In this document: positions 1 to 9,398 of the stretch, piece after piece
How positions within the stretch are numbered: position 1 is the first letter of the stretch
How the letters are laid out: the number at the start of each line of letters is the position of its first letter
IMG/VR virus record: IMGVR_UViG_2579778748_000004
Location: 1 to 35,810 of that record
Origin: a virus
Lineage: Duplodnaviria; Heunggongvirae; Uroviricota; Caudoviricetes
Reading direction: 5' to 3' (one strand)
DNA length: 35,810 nucleotides
Notes under the pieces: generated by a model
Told to the model about the DNA's origin: nothing
Databases searched by the model: none
What the model saw: the letters and a program-made list of their open reading frames with translations, nothing else
Position numbers and translations under genes: made by a program

Positions 1-1362
1 ATGTTTAAACCGGAACTCCTTTCCCCGGCGGGAACGCTGAAAAATATGCGTTACGCTTTCGCTTATGGCGCAGATGCTGTTTATGCGGGCCAGCCGCGTT
101 ACTCCCTGCGTGTGCGCAACAACGAATTCAACCACGAAAATCTTCAACTCGGCATTAACGAAGCCCACGCGCTGGGGAAAAAGTTTTATGTCGTGGTCAA
201 CATTGCACCGCACAACGCCAAGCTGAAAACCTTTATCCGTGACCTGAAACCGGTGGTGGAAATGGGGCCGGATGCGCTGATTATGTCCGATCCAGGGCTG
301 ATTATGCTGGTGCGTGAGCACTTCCCTGAAATGCCGATCCATCTCTCGGTACAGGCTAACGCCGTGAACTGGGCGACGGTGAAATTCTGGCAGCAAATGG
401 GCCTGACCCGCGTGATCCTCTCTCGCGAGCTGTCGCTGGAAGAGATTGAAGAGATCCGCAATCAGGTGCCAGATATGGAGGTAGAGATCTTCGTTCACGG
501 CGCGCTGTGCATGGCCTACTCCGGTCGCTGCCTGCTCTCTGGCTACATCAACAAGCGCGACCCGAACCAGGGCACCTGCACCAACGCCTGCCGTTGGGAG
601 TACAACGTCCAGGAAGGGAAAGAAGATGACGTTGGCAACATCGTACACAAGTACGAGCCGATTCCGGTGCAAAATGTTGAGCCGACGCTGGGTATCGGCG
701 CGCCGACCGACAAAGTGTTTATGATCGAAGAAGCCCAGCGTCCGGGCGAGTATATGACCGCGTTTGAAGATGAGCACGGCACTTACATCATGAACTCGAA
801 AGATCTGCGTGCCATCGCCCACGTTGAACGCCTGACCAAAATGGGCGTGCATTCGCTGAAAATCGAAGGCCGTACTAAATCTTTCTACTATTGCGCACGC
901 ACCGCGCAGGTTTATCGTAAAGCTATCGATGACGCCGCTGCGGGCAAACCGTTCGATACCAGCCTGCTGGAAACTCTGGAAGGTCTGGCGCATCGTGGCT
1001 ATACCGAAGGTTTCCTGCGTCGTCATACTCACGACGATTATCAGAACTACGAATACGGTTATTCAGTTTCTGACCGCCAGCAGTTTGTTGGTGAGTTTAC
1101 CGGTGAGCGCAAGGGCGACCTCGCGGCGGTAGCGGTGAAAAATAAATTCTCCGTTGGCGACAGCCTTGAGCTGATGACGCCGCAAGGGAACATTAACTTT
1201 ACCCTTGAGCAGATGGAAAACGCCAAAGGCAAAGCAATGCCGGTCGCACCGGGCGATGGTTATACTGTGTGGATCCCGGTCCCGCAGGATCTTGAGCTCA
1301 ATTACGCGCTGCTGATGCGTAATTTCTCCGGGGAAACCACGCGTACCCCCCACGGTAAGTGA
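1..1362 (+). CDS. yegQ: U32-family peptidase-like protein YegQ (host gene)
   Basis: Full 453-aa ORF starting at base 1; sequence recognised as E. coli YegQ; lies immediately upstream of cyaR as in the E. coli chromosome. Confidence 0.85.
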   Translation: MFKPELLSPAGTLKNMRYAFAYGADAVYAGQPRYSLRVRNNEFNHENLQLGINEAHALGKKFYVVVNIAPHNAKLKTFIRDLKPVVEMGPDALIMSDPGLIMLVREHFPEMPIHLSVQANAVNWATVKFWQQMGLTRVILSRELSLEEIEEIRNQVPDMEVEIFVHGALCMAYSGRCLLSGYINKRDPNQGTCTNACRWEYNVQEGKEDDVGNIVHKYEPIPVQNVEPTLGIGAPTDKVFMIEEAQRPGEYMTAFEDEHGTYIMNSKDLRAIAHVERLTKMGVHSLKIEGRTKSFYYCARTAQVYRKAIDDAAAGKPFDTSLLETLEGLAHRGYTEGFLRRHTHDDYQNYEYGYSVSDRQQFVGEFTGERKGDLAAVAVKNKFSVGDSLELMTPQGNINFTLEQMENAKGKAMPVAPGDGYTVWIPVPQDLELNYALLMRNFSGETTRTPHGK

Positions 1363-1446
1363 TTAATTTCGATTATTTTTCCCGGATGGAAAATTCTTAG
1401 AAACCGATCACATACAGCTGCATTTATTAAGGTTATCATCCGTTTC

Positions 1447-1533
1447 GCTGAAAAACATAACCCATAAAATGCTAGCTGTACCAGGAACCACCTCCTTAGC
1501 CTGTGTAATCTCCCTTACACGGGCTTATTTTTT
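1447..1533 (+). ncRNA. cyaR: CyaR (RyeE) small regulatory RNA
   Basis: Sequence GCTGAAAAACATAACCCATAAAATGCTAGCTGTACCAGGAACCACCTCCTTAGCCTGTGTAATCTCCCTTACACGGGCTTATTTTTT matches the cyaR sRNA as I recall it; ends in an intrinsic-terminator hairpin plus U-run; sits between yegQ and the prophage. Confidence 0.8.
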
Positions 1534-1536
1534 ACG
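1507..1536. repeat. Prophage attachment core, ogr-proximal copy (30-bp perfect direct repeat)
   Basis: AATCTCCCTTACACGGGCTTATTTTTTACG is identical at 1507..1536 and 33995..34024; overlaps the 3' end of cyaR; the two copies bracket the whole P2-like gene set. Confidence 0.85.
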
Positions 1537-1566
1537 TACAACAAATTGAAATAAAAGGATTTATTT

Positions 1567-1596
1567 CTGGTCACGTCCACACATTGACCACATCGA
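1567..1596. repeat. Phage-arm sequence with a diverged second copy on the host side (34039..34068)
   Basis: CTGGTCACGTCCACACATTGACCACATCGA here versus CTGGTCACCGTCTTCCATTGACCACATCGA beyond the distal att core; about 85% identical. Confidence 0.5.
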
Positions 1597-1597
1597 C

Positions 1598-1622
1598 AAA
1601 AAAAGCCCCTCGACTGAGGGGC
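1598..1622 (-). terminator. Intrinsic terminator downstream of ogr
   Basis: GC-rich hairpin GCCCCTC-GACT-GAGGGGC followed on the minus strand by a run of 7 T; located just 3' of the ogr stop. Confidence 0.6.
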
Positions 1623-1635
1623 TTCCTGTTTCTAA

Positions 1636-1854
1636 TTACATCCACATAATTTGCTGCCCTGACGGCAACGGGTGCGGCCTTACGGCGTGGACTTCTCCCG
1701 GCTTCACGATGTATCGCTGTACCGACTCATAAGTGATGAACGTGGCGCTGCAATTCACGTTCTGACACTGGTGATAACGCTCTTTTGTCGTGTCAGTGAT
1801 ATAGCGGCTTGTACGCGCATGTGCGGCATGCTGGCATAAAGGACAATGAAACAT
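1636..1854 (-). CDS. ogr: Late-gene transcriptional activator Ogr (zinc finger)
   Basis: 72-aa product from the internal ATG at 1854 (MFHCPLCQHAAHARTSRYITDTTKERYHQCQNVNCS...); Cys4 zinc-finger pattern; sits at the end of the tail operon as in P2. Confidence 0.9.
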   Translation of the reverse strand: MFHCPLCQHAAHARTSRYITDTTKERYHQCQNVNCSATFITYESVQRYIVKPGEVHAVRPHPLPSGQQIMWM

Positions 1855-1935
1855 CGCGAGCACCTCTTCCGGTTTTGTTGATGGTGCCATTTTAGTTAAT
1901 TTATCCTTATAAAACAAACAGATAAAATAAAAACA

Positions 1936-3099
1936 TCACTCATTATCTTCTGTTTCGTACTCCACATCAGAAAGCCTGACCTCAAGCTCTAAGGATGTCG
2001 TGAAGCCGCTATTATTCAGAAAGTGTGTCACCTTAGTGATTGTCCAGTCCTGCTCGTCTATGACGCGCTTAAAGCCAGACACTTTGACCGGTGTTTCCGT
2101 GTAAATATCTGCCCGACCGGTAGCCAGGCTGATGGAGAACTCCGCGACGCCCCGTTGCAGTTTGTCCCACTTCGCCTGAGCGGCGCGCATGGCCTGCGCT
2201 TTCGTGGCATATACCGTGGTCAGGGCAAAAACGTTGTCAGCCTCACCTGCCATGTATTCACCTTCGCGCGCTTCCGGTACTTTTGACGCTTTCTTCTGCG
2301 TGACTGGTTTCGCTTTCGGGTGCTCCAGTGCGCGCAGGTGTTTCTCTTTCTTTTTGCGTTTCAGTTTTACCTTCTGCTTTTGTGGCTTCGGGTCTTTGGT
2401 GTGTAACCACTTTGCCGTTACGCCGGTATAGGCTCCACGGTCAGCAATCGCAAAATGATGGCGGTCGCCGTCGCTGCGGGTGATGGTAATCTGAGGGATT
2501 TTTTTACCGCTGGCCGTCACCCCCTGCCCCGCTTTGAGAAACAGCAGTTTTCCCATTTTTACCGACACCTCGCCGCCGTTGCGTTCAGCAAGACGGGTCA
2601 GGAATTTCACATCGGACTCCTGCGACTGGTCGATGTGCGGGATTTTAATTCCGGCCAGTGACGGAGCGACACTGGCTTCCAGCCTGTTACGGGTGGCTAT
2701 CGCCTCAACAATCGCACCGAGCGTGGTGTCATGCCAGGAGCCTTCCCGGCGGGAATTGAGCGTCCCGCGAAAATCTGCACTCCGGGCGCGGATGGTGACC
2801 ACATCCGGCGCGCCCCGGTGTTCAACCTCATCAACGGTAAATTTCCCTTTGCATACCAGGGCAAAACCTTTCCAGCCGATATACACCGTCAGGACAGCGC
2901 CACGAACCGGCAGTCCGACCTGCCCGTCGGCATCGTTCAGTTCAATATCAAGCTGGTCAGCCTCAAAGCCCCGGTTATCCGTCAGGGTCATGCTCATCAG
3001 ACGGTCGCTGATATTGCCGGTAATATCCCTGCTGTCGAGCATCAGCATGTAATCCGGCGTCAGCGTACTGCCTGCATCAAATGTCAGCGCATCCAGCAT
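1936..3099 (-). CDS. D: Tail protein D (late control gene D family)
   Basis: 387 aa, same length as P2 gpD; position between ogr and U; basic K/R-rich linker in the C-terminal half. Confidence 0.85.
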   Translation of the reverse strand: MLDALTFDAGSTLTPDYMLMLDSRDITGNISDRLMSMTLTDNRGFEADQLDIELNDADGQVGLPVRGAVLTVYIGWKGFALVCKGKFTVDEVEHRGAPDVVTIRARSADFRGTLNSRREGSWHDTTLGAIVEAIATRNRLEASVAPSLAGIKIPHIDQSQESDVKFLTRLAERNGGEVSVKMGKLLFLKAGQGVTASGKKIPQITITRSDGDRHHFAIADRGAYTGVTAKWLHTKDPKPQKQKVKLKRKKKEKHLRALEHPKAKPVTQKKASKVPEAREGEYMAGEADNVFALTTVYATKAQAMRAAQAKWDKLQRGVAEFSISLATGRADIYTETPVKVSGFKRVIDEQDWTITKVTHFLNNSGFTTSLELEVRLSDVEYETEDNE

Positions 3100-3578
3100 T
3101 ATTCCGCCCCCGTCATCCCCGTGAATCTGGTCGCCAGACTACCGGCCTTACCGATGAGCGACTCCGCCTGTTTACCGATATCGCCATAAAGCGCGGCCAG
3201 TGATTCATCAACGCGGGTGAGCGACAGCGTAAAATCAATTTTCCGGGGTGTGCCGTCTGCAAAGAAAATACTCCCTGTTTCACTCACCCTGCTGATGACA
3301 TACATGCCGTAAATCATGCCGGTGCCATCCAGCAACGGCCACGCCCGGCCTTCCTCTGCCATCAGCCTGAGCGTGGTCATCGTCAGCTTCCCGCCGGTCA
3401 GTTCGGGATAAAGCACGCCGGCAAGCGTCATGTTTTCCTCACCCACACCGAGAAACTGAAAGGCATCCCGTTTACCGATACGGGAATTTGACGGCCAGCG
3501 ATAATCTGATTCACGCTGCATGGTCTGGTGTGGCAGCGTCTGGCGCATAAAAACAAACATACCTAACGCGAGCATCAT
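3099..3578 (-). CDS. U: Tail protein U
   Basis: 159 aa; overlaps the D start by one base; P2 synteny. Confidence 0.85.
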   Translation of the reverse strand: MMLALGMFVFMRQTLPHQTMQRESDYRWPSNSRIGKRDAFQFLGVGEENMTLAGVLYPELTGGKLTMTTLRLMAEEGRAWPLLDGTGMIYGMYVISRVSETGSIFFADGTPRKIDFTLSLTRVDESLAALYGDIGKQAESLIGKAGSLATRFTGMTGAE

Positions 3579-3592
3579 TTTTCGTCACCTCC

Positions 3593-6040
3593 TTAACCGT
3601 CATGCATCATGCTGGCACGGGCACGCGCACGTTTATCCCGCTCGTATTTTTCGAGCGCATCCTGTAACTGGCGGTCAAGCTGTGTCCCCGGCGCAGTACC
3701 ACCCGTCAGGCTGATGTGATATTCGTTTTTACTCTGGTCCACATAAGAGCGGCCAGCCGGTGCCGTGACTGGCTGATAAGCCTGATAGCCTGCATAAGAG
3801 CTGGTCGCCGGAATATAACCACCGGTGCCATACGTGGCGGCATGAGTTCTGGCGGCGGTCTGGTCAAGTGTGTCTGACTCTTTGTTGATGACCCCGAGCT
3901 TTTCCAGTACCCAGTCAATACCGCTGCGCAGTTTGTTGAACGCATTAAGCGGCAGCATCAACGCGTCAGCCAGTGCCTGCCCGAACATGACGCCCGTGTC
4001 ACGGCAACGGTTCAGGGTGTCCTGTGTGGCTTTAACCGGGGCAATCAGGTTTTTAAACCACTGCCACGCGGCCTGTAACTTTTCGCCCAGCCAGTCAAAC
4101 ACCGGCTTCAGTGGCGTGAACAGTTCTCCCACCGGCGCAAATGCCGCTTTCAGCCCTTCCATCACACCGCCAAAGAATGCGCTGACAGGCTCCCAGTATT
4201 TACGGATAAGCAACGCCCCGGCGACAATGGCGGCCACCACGGCCACAACCGGCCAGCTAATCGCCCCGATGGCCGTCATAACAGCACTGCTAACCGTCGT
4301 GAAGATTGCCCCCATTGCGCCTGCTGCCGCGATAATGGCATTGATGCCGGTGATAACCGGCCAGGCTACAAGACCAATGGTACCGATGATGCCAGTAAGC
4401 GCCAGCGCGCCACCGACAATGAGGCCGATGGTTGACGCCAGTGATTTGTTTTTCTGGATCCAGCCGTCGAGTTTTAACACATACTTTGTGGCCGTCTGAG
4501 TGAGCTTACGCAGTGCGCCTTCCTGCTGGTCAAACAGGTCAATCCCCACTGCCTCATAAGCGGACTGAAACTCTTTAAAGTCACCGCCTAGGTTGTCCTG
4601 CATGATATTTACCAGCTCGGCGGTCTTCCCGTCTGATGCTTTAAACGCAGCGGTCAGTTTGTCCAGCTTTCCGGTTGAGGCGGCAGTCATCAGCACGGCG
4701 GCGGCTGAGCTGGCCTCCTCCCCGAAAATAGTTTTCATGTATTCAGCCTGCTGGGCAGTACCGAGCCGGTTTTTCTCAAAACTGGCCTGCATTTCTTTCA
4801 GAATGGTAAATATTGGCCGTGTGTTTCCCTTGCTGTCTGAGGTTTTCACTCCAAGCTCTTTGAGTGCATCCCATGCTTTTCCCGTCGGTGCCTGCAGGCG
4901 GCTTAACACGGCACGGCTTCCCGTCCCCGCCATTGAGCCTGTGATTTTTGCATCATGCAGCGCCCCGACCATTGCGGCGGTTTCTTCAATGCTGACACCG
5001 GCATTTTTTGCCACAGGTGCGGCATAGGTCAGCGCATCGCTCATGCCGTCAAAATCGGCGGCGGTTTTGTTCATCGTCATGGAGAGAACATCCCCGATAT
5101 GAGCGACCTTATCGTTTGAAAGCTGAAAGGCGGATTTCATCCCCATCAGCAGGGCGGCGTTTTCTTCCATCGTGCGGCGGTTCGCCAGCGCCATATTCAG
5201 CGTGACCGGCGTTGCCGCCTGAATGGCATCAACATCCCCACCCGCTTTCGCGATGATTATCTGTGCACCGGCCGCATCATCCGCCGAGGCGGCGGTATTG
5301 TCGCCGAGCTGGCGCGCCTGTTTGCGTAGTGCGGTCATTTCGGCGGAGTCTTTTGCCACTCCGAGCACGGCCTGCAATTCTGAGTTTTTCTGCGCAAACT
5401 CATAACCGGGCATCAGCAACTTAACTCCGGCCATCGTTCCCGCCGCCGCAATCCCCACACCGGCAGCGCCTACTGAGGCCATATTTCCGGCCAGTTCCTT
5501 TCCTGCCTGATAACGCTGTTTGACTGCGTTAAGTTTTGCCTGTTGTGCACTGACACGCGCCAGTGCATCGCGCTGACGGTTAAGTTGTGCGGTGGTTTCA
5601 CTGATACGGTTTTTCAGCCCCTGCTCATCATGTGCAAGATTGCGGGTATTAATTCCCACAGCGGCCAGTTCCCGCTGCTGGCGTTTAACAGAATCCGTCA
5701 GGCGGTTATATTTCGCCTGTAAGTCCTCCGCCGCACGCTTTGCGGATTCCAGCACTTTCGCCTGAGCACGGGTTGGACGTTCGGTATTTTTAAACTGTGT
5801 GGCAAGGGCTTCGGCCTCCTGCCGTGCCTTTTCAAGTGCATGACCAGTCACGGCGAGCTGTGCACTGGTCTTGCGGAATCCCTCAATACGGGATGCGTGA
5901 CCGTTCAGCTCGCGCAGTGATTTTTGTGTTTCCCGGATATCCCCCGACAGCGACCTGCTCGCTGTACGGATGGATTTAAACGGGCGGGATGCCTGGTCAA
6001 CAGCCCTGAGCAATACCTGTAATTTTACATTGTTACTCAT
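3593..6040 (-). CDS. T: Tail tape-measure protein T
   Basis: 815 aa; coiled-coil N-terminal half and Gly/Ala-rich hydrophobic segments typical of tape-measure proteins; P2 synteny. Confidence 0.9.
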   Translation of the reverse strand: MSNNVKLQVLLRAVDQASRPFKSIRTASRSLSGDIRETQKSLRELNGHASRIEGFRKTSAQLAVTGHALEKARQEAEALATQFKNTERPTRAQAKVLESAKRAAEDLQAKYNRLTDSVKRQQRELAAVGINTRNLAHDEQGLKNRISETTAQLNRQRDALARVSAQQAKLNAVKQRYQAGKELAGNMASVGAAGVGIAAAGTMAGVKLLMPGYEFAQKNSELQAVLGVAKDSAEMTALRKQARQLGDNTAASADDAAGAQIIIAKAGGDVDAIQAATPVTLNMALANRRTMEENAALLMGMKSAFQLSNDKVAHIGDVLSMTMNKTAADFDGMSDALTYAAPVAKNAGVSIEETAAMVGALHDAKITGSMAGTGSRAVLSRLQAPTGKAWDALKELGVKTSDSKGNTRPIFTILKEMQASFEKNRLGTAQQAEYMKTIFGEEASSAAAVLMTAASTGKLDKLTAAFKASDGKTAELVNIMQDNLGGDFKEFQSAYEAVGIDLFDQQEGALRKLTQTATKYVLKLDGWIQKNKSLASTIGLIVGGALALTGIIGTIGLVAWPVITGINAIIAAAGAMGAIFTTVSSAVMTAIGAISWPVVAVVAAIVAGALLIRKYWEPVSAFFGGVMEGLKAAFAPVGELFTPLKPVFDWLGEKLQAAWQWFKNLIAPVKATQDTLNRCRDTGVMFGQALADALMLPLNAFNKLRSGIDWVLEKLGVINKESDTLDQTAARTHAATYGTGGYIPATSSYAGYQAYQPVTAPAGRSYVDQSKNEYHISLTGGTAPGTQLDRQLQDALEKYERDKRARARASMMHDG

Positions 6041-6460
6041 TCGTGTTTCCGCTTCGCCGGAGTGCCTTTTCGCGCCATGTGATGAGTTCGGTCAGGCTCA
6101 TGGGATACAGTTCTGATGGCGGCCAGTGAAATATCACTGCCACATCCGCCATCAGGTCATCGACCGAGAGATTTTTCGGAAACGTTACTGCACCGAGTTC
6201 GGCGACAAAAAACCGACCACCTTACCGGCCAGCGCCACAAGGTCAGGCAGTTCCAGCGCGGCGACCTCCTGTTCGGTCAGCATCGGTGCCGTCATGCGCG
6301 GCAGCACTTTAATCAGTGCATCGACTTCGGAGTTCGCGACCGCAGCCAGACTGACACCGCGCAGCGTCCCGGCATTGGGTTTCATCAGCGTGACCTGTTC
6401 GATAACCTGCTCACCACGCTTGACCGGATTGTCCAGGGTAATCACATTTTCTTTGTTCAT
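6033..6460 (-). CDS. E': Tail assembly chaperone E+E' (product of a programmed -1 frameshift)
   Basis: From the slippery site (plus-strand 6206..6214) the -1 frame stays open to a TAA at 6033..6035, encoding ...DLMADVAVIFHWPPSELYPMSLTELITWREKALRRSGNTNE; that stop overlaps the T start codon. Confidence 0.7.
6185..6460 (-). CDS. E: Tail assembly chaperone E
   Basis: 91 aa; ends just after a GGTTTTTTG slippery sequence; P2 synteny between FII and T. Confidence 0.85.
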   Translation of the reverse strand: MNKENVITLDNPVKRGEQVIEQVTLMKPNAGTLRGVSLAAVANSEVDALIKVLPRMTAPMLTEQEVAALELPDLVALAGKVVGFLSPNSVQ

Positions 6461-6516
6461 GGTTTTCTCACTTCTGAATCAGGGTTAACCGGTCAGCCTG
6501 GCTGACCGGATGACAA

Positions 6517-7035
6517 TCACAGGCCGATATTGCGGCGGTGTTGCTCCAGCCGGTCGACGCCGTTCACCTTCTCAATCATGTTGATGGTGTCGATTTCGAC
6601 CAGCTCCTTACCGTCCATCGTCAGCCGGAAATAGGTGCAGACCACGGAGATTTTCGACTCAGTGTCTTCTCCCTGTTTACCCTCGCCGGTGTCGATTTCT
6701 TTCTGACGGCCACGCATGACCACTTCGACGGCCACCGTTTCGCCGGTATCGTCACGCTGGTAAGAGCCTGCAAAACGAATCGGCACAGCATCCACACCGG
6801 TTGCGGCGTAAAGCTCCCAGATAACCGAATCCGGGAAGCCCCCGAGCGACCACTCCATTGACAGCGCATCGTCATCAAGGCCGAGGTCTACCGGTGCGCT
6901 GCCGTTCATCCCCGCACCGCGATAGTTTTCGAGCTTACGGGTCAGTTTTGGCAGCGTGACGGACTTTGCAACGCCCTGATAGCTGTAGCCGTTCAGAAAG
7001 ACGTTCATTAACTTGAGTTTGCGCGGCATTGCCAT
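6517..7035 (-). CDS. FII: Tail tube protein FII
   Basis: 172 aa; P2 synteny immediately downstream of FI. Confidence 0.85.
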   Translation of the reverse strand: MAMPRKLKLMNVFLNGYSYQGVAKSVTLPKLTRKLENYRGAGMNGSAPVDLGLDDDALSMEWSLGGFPDSVIWELYAATGVDAVPIRFAGSYQRDDTGETVAVEVVMRGRQKEIDTGEGKQGEDTESKISVVCTYFRLTMDGKELVEIDTINMIEKVNGVDRLEQHRRNIGL

Positions 7036-7047
7036 CGGTCAGGCTCC

Positions 7048-8238
7048 TTAATTGCTGTTAACCGAGGTGACCAGATTTGCCAGGTATTTATCGGTAATAC
7101 GCTGGCGCAGGGTCAGGTTTTCAAGAGGAGGCACCGGTGTATAGTCGTAGTCGATATACAGTTTTCCGGCCTTGAGGGTTTCCGCATCGTTGGATTCTTC
7201 GCTGAACCAGCAGGTCGCATCCACGATATAGCCGTTTGTTTTCAGCTCACGGAATTTGGCATTGATGCCGTCAACGATGTCGCGAATCAGCGTTGCGGTG
7301 ATGGGCTTGTCCACCGCCCACATGTGCGCCTCAGCCATCGTGTCGGCCAGCACCTGCGCGGTGCGGGTGTAGTTTTCAAAGAGGAACAGCGGGTCATCAG
7401 AGCAGGTACGGTTACCCCAGAATCGGAAACCGTCACGGCGAATCAGCGTTGTGACACCTGACTCGTTCAACAGGTCAGCATCGGTGCCGGACTCCTGCAA
7501 ATCCCAGAATACAGAGGCACTGATGCCGGTAACACCGTTTACCCCGACGTTGGACAGCGTTTTATGCCAGCCCTGCTCCTGGTCGATTTTAGCGCGCAGG
7601 CCCAGCGCACGGGCGGTGGCATACGCGGTGGCGGTGGTACTGGCGACCGTATCCCATGCGAGGAAATCCGGCCAGATGACCATCAGCTCACGCTGGCTGA
7701 AATTCTGGCGGTAGGCTTTCACCTCGGAAATGGTTTTACAGCCCCATGCACTGATATACCCGAAAGCGCGCAGCTTCTGACAGACTGATGCCAGTGCAAC
7801 CGCCACCTCTTTGGTGTCCAGTCCCGGCACACCGAGAATACGCGGTTTAACACCGGTAACCGACTCCGCCGCCAGCAGGGCTTTCAGTCCGGTGTACTGA
7901 CCGTTTTCGTCGGTGGTGCCGATGATATTGGAAACAGTCTGCGCGAGTTTCGTTTCTTCGTCTTCGCCGGTCCCGTCTTCCACACGCACGACAACGGTGA
8001 CCGGTTTTGACTGGTCGGCGATGGCCTGCAACGATGCCGCCAGCGTGCCTTTTTTACCGGCCTTTGCAATTGCGCTCTGCACATTGGTAATCAGCACCGG
8101 TTTATTGAGGGGGAAGGTTTCCGCATCCGCATCGCTGGCCGTGCAGACCATGCCGACAATGGCCGTGGATACGGTGGAAATGACGCGGGTGCCGTCGTTA
8201 ATCTCCAGCACCTGCACGCCGTGATGATAGTCACTCAT
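7048..8238 (-). CDS. FI: Contractile tail sheath protein FI
   Basis: 396 aa; P2 synteny; GGAG ribosome-binding site upstream of the ATG at 8238. Confidence 0.9.
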   Translation of the reverse strand: MSDYHHGVQVLEINDGTRVISTVSTAIVGMVCTASDADAETFPLNKPVLITNVQSAIAKAGKKGTLAASLQAIADQSKPVTVVVRVEDGTGEDEETKLAQTVSNIIGTTDENGQYTGLKALLAAESVTGVKPRILGVPGLDTKEVAVALASVCQKLRAFGYISAWGCKTISEVKAYRQNFSQRELMVIWPDFLAWDTVASTTATAYATARALGLRAKIDQEQGWHKTLSNVGVNGVTGISASVFWDLQESGTDADLLNESGVTTLIRRDGFRFWGNRTCSDDPLFLFENYTRTAQVLADTMAEAHMWAVDKPITATLIRDIVDGINAKFRELKTNGYIVDATCWFSEESNDAETLKAGKLYIDYDYTPVPPLENLTLRQRITDKYLANLVTSVNSN

Positions 8239-8332
8239 CCGTTTAACTCCGTGGTTAATGGGTGCAACTATTTTCCGTTGGGTAGTACATGAGACGCTAT
8301 TTGACCTAGCTGGTCAGGGGATGAAACAACAG

Positions 8333-8361
8333 ATAAAGAAAAGGCGGGAAATCAGCCCGCC
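8333..8361 (-). terminator. Intrinsic terminator separating the cargo/tail-fibre transcript from the FI operon
   Basis: Hairpin GGCGGG-AAATCAG-CCCGCC followed on the minus strand by TTTTCTTTAT. Confidence 0.55.
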
Positions 8362-8675
8362 TGTCCTGATTTGTACACACTCATTTTCCGACTGACTATT
8401 TACATAGCCGAAACGCTATCAAATATGACAGTCTGCTTTTAGCTAAGAGCGGAAGTTGTCACGAAGTTACTCTCCCCTGAGTGCAAATCCCCCAAAGTCA
8501 TTCGCAGATCAGTACCGAAAGGCGATCACTTTAACGCTCTGTATTGCGAGTGCTCAAATAAGGAGTGAGGCCATACCTACGTATTGAATCTGACGTTCTC
8601 ACACACGTTGAGCCCCAGCTCAATAGCGGCAGACCGACTGCTGAAAGAGCCGGTTAGCCAACTCAGCCCCTAGCA

Positions 8676-8740
8676 CGTAAAACTGCCCTAGATTTACTGC
8701 AGGGCAGTTAATGTAAAAGCCTCGCACTTGCGGAGGCAGT
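8676..8740 (-). terminator. Tandem hairpins downstream of the cargo operon
   Basis: Two stem-loops (about 8719..8737 and 8681..8709), each followed on the minus strand by TTTT, directly 3' of the 174-aa ORF stop. Confidence 0.45.
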
Positions 8741-8748
8741 ATTATAAT

Positions 8749-9273
8749 TCAAGCTTCATTCTTTAGTTTTTCAATGTGATTAACCTCATCATTGCTTGCT
8801 TTAGCTGCTGATTGGCCTTTCTTACTTATAATCCCTTTAACATAATTTACATTATCAATGGAGGCATCTAAGAATTTTTGAAACGACTTAGAATTAAGCA
8901 TTTCTGTCCAAGGAGTAGTATGATCTTCATCTTTCACAAAACGCAATGGAGCCTCTTCAAGTCGACTTAGCGCAGAATCAAATAAGCGTTTTTCGAACTC
9001 TCCATCTGATACCTTGCATGCCTCATTTTTGTATCCCTCATACGCTTTAGCCACAGAAGCTTTATAAGCATAATCCTCTGCGAGTTTGAAACGTTGATTA
9101 ATTTGTTTTGTAGACATCCAAGCAAACCAAAGAGGGGCGCCTATGCTAAAAACAGATAATAGTAATTGAGTGAGTATTACTACCGCACTAGGATTTGGGT
9201 TATTCAAAACCCCAGAAAGAACTTTCAATCTTTCATATCCGACTAAACCACCAAGCCCCAAAGCAACTGCCAA
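8749..9273 (-). CDS. Hypothetical membrane protein, second gene of the Z/fun-position cargo operon
   Basis: 174-aa ORF; strongly hydrophobic segment AVVILTQLLLSVFSIGAPLWFAW predicted as transmembrane; AT-rich compared with flanking phage genes; the ORF-track start is a TTG, so the true start is uncertain. Confidence 0.6.
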   Translation of the reverse strand: MAVALGLGGLVGYERLKVLSGVLNNPNPSAVVILTQLLLSVFSIGAPLWFAWMSTKQINQRFKLAEDYAYKASVAKAYEGYKNEACKVSDGEFEKRLFDSALSRLEEAPLRFVKDEDHTTPWTEMLNSKSFQKFLDASIDNVNYVKGIISKKGQSAAKASNDEVNHIEKLKNEA

Positions 9274-9398
9274 ACCGGCAACCCATAGTTGGATACTTCG
9301 GTTAAGCTTATCTGCTTTTATTTCAAATGCTCCTGCTAAGCCTTTCGATGTTGAAGCCCTAATAGCCTCTTCGCAAAGAGCCAGATACCGGGCAGCCT

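Noticed and set aside
2023-3189. Plus-strand ORFs (2023..2286, 2534..3052, 2731..3189) overlapping D and U
   Set aside because: Antisense shadows of the D and U genes with no start context; P2 has no genes here on this strand.
3870-5027. Plus-strand ORFs of 144-209 aa (3870..4499, 4593..5027) inside the tape-measure gene
   Set aside because: Antisense to a well-supported 815-aa gene; low-complexity Ala/Ser/Thr/Pro-rich translations typical of shadow ORFs in GC-rich sequence.
8239-8748. Possible tRNA, CRISPR array or retron non-coding RNA in the FI-to-cargo spacer
   Set aside because: No cloverleaf-compatible structure, no regularly spaced direct repeats, and no reverse transcriptase gene nearby; only terminator-like hairpins were found.
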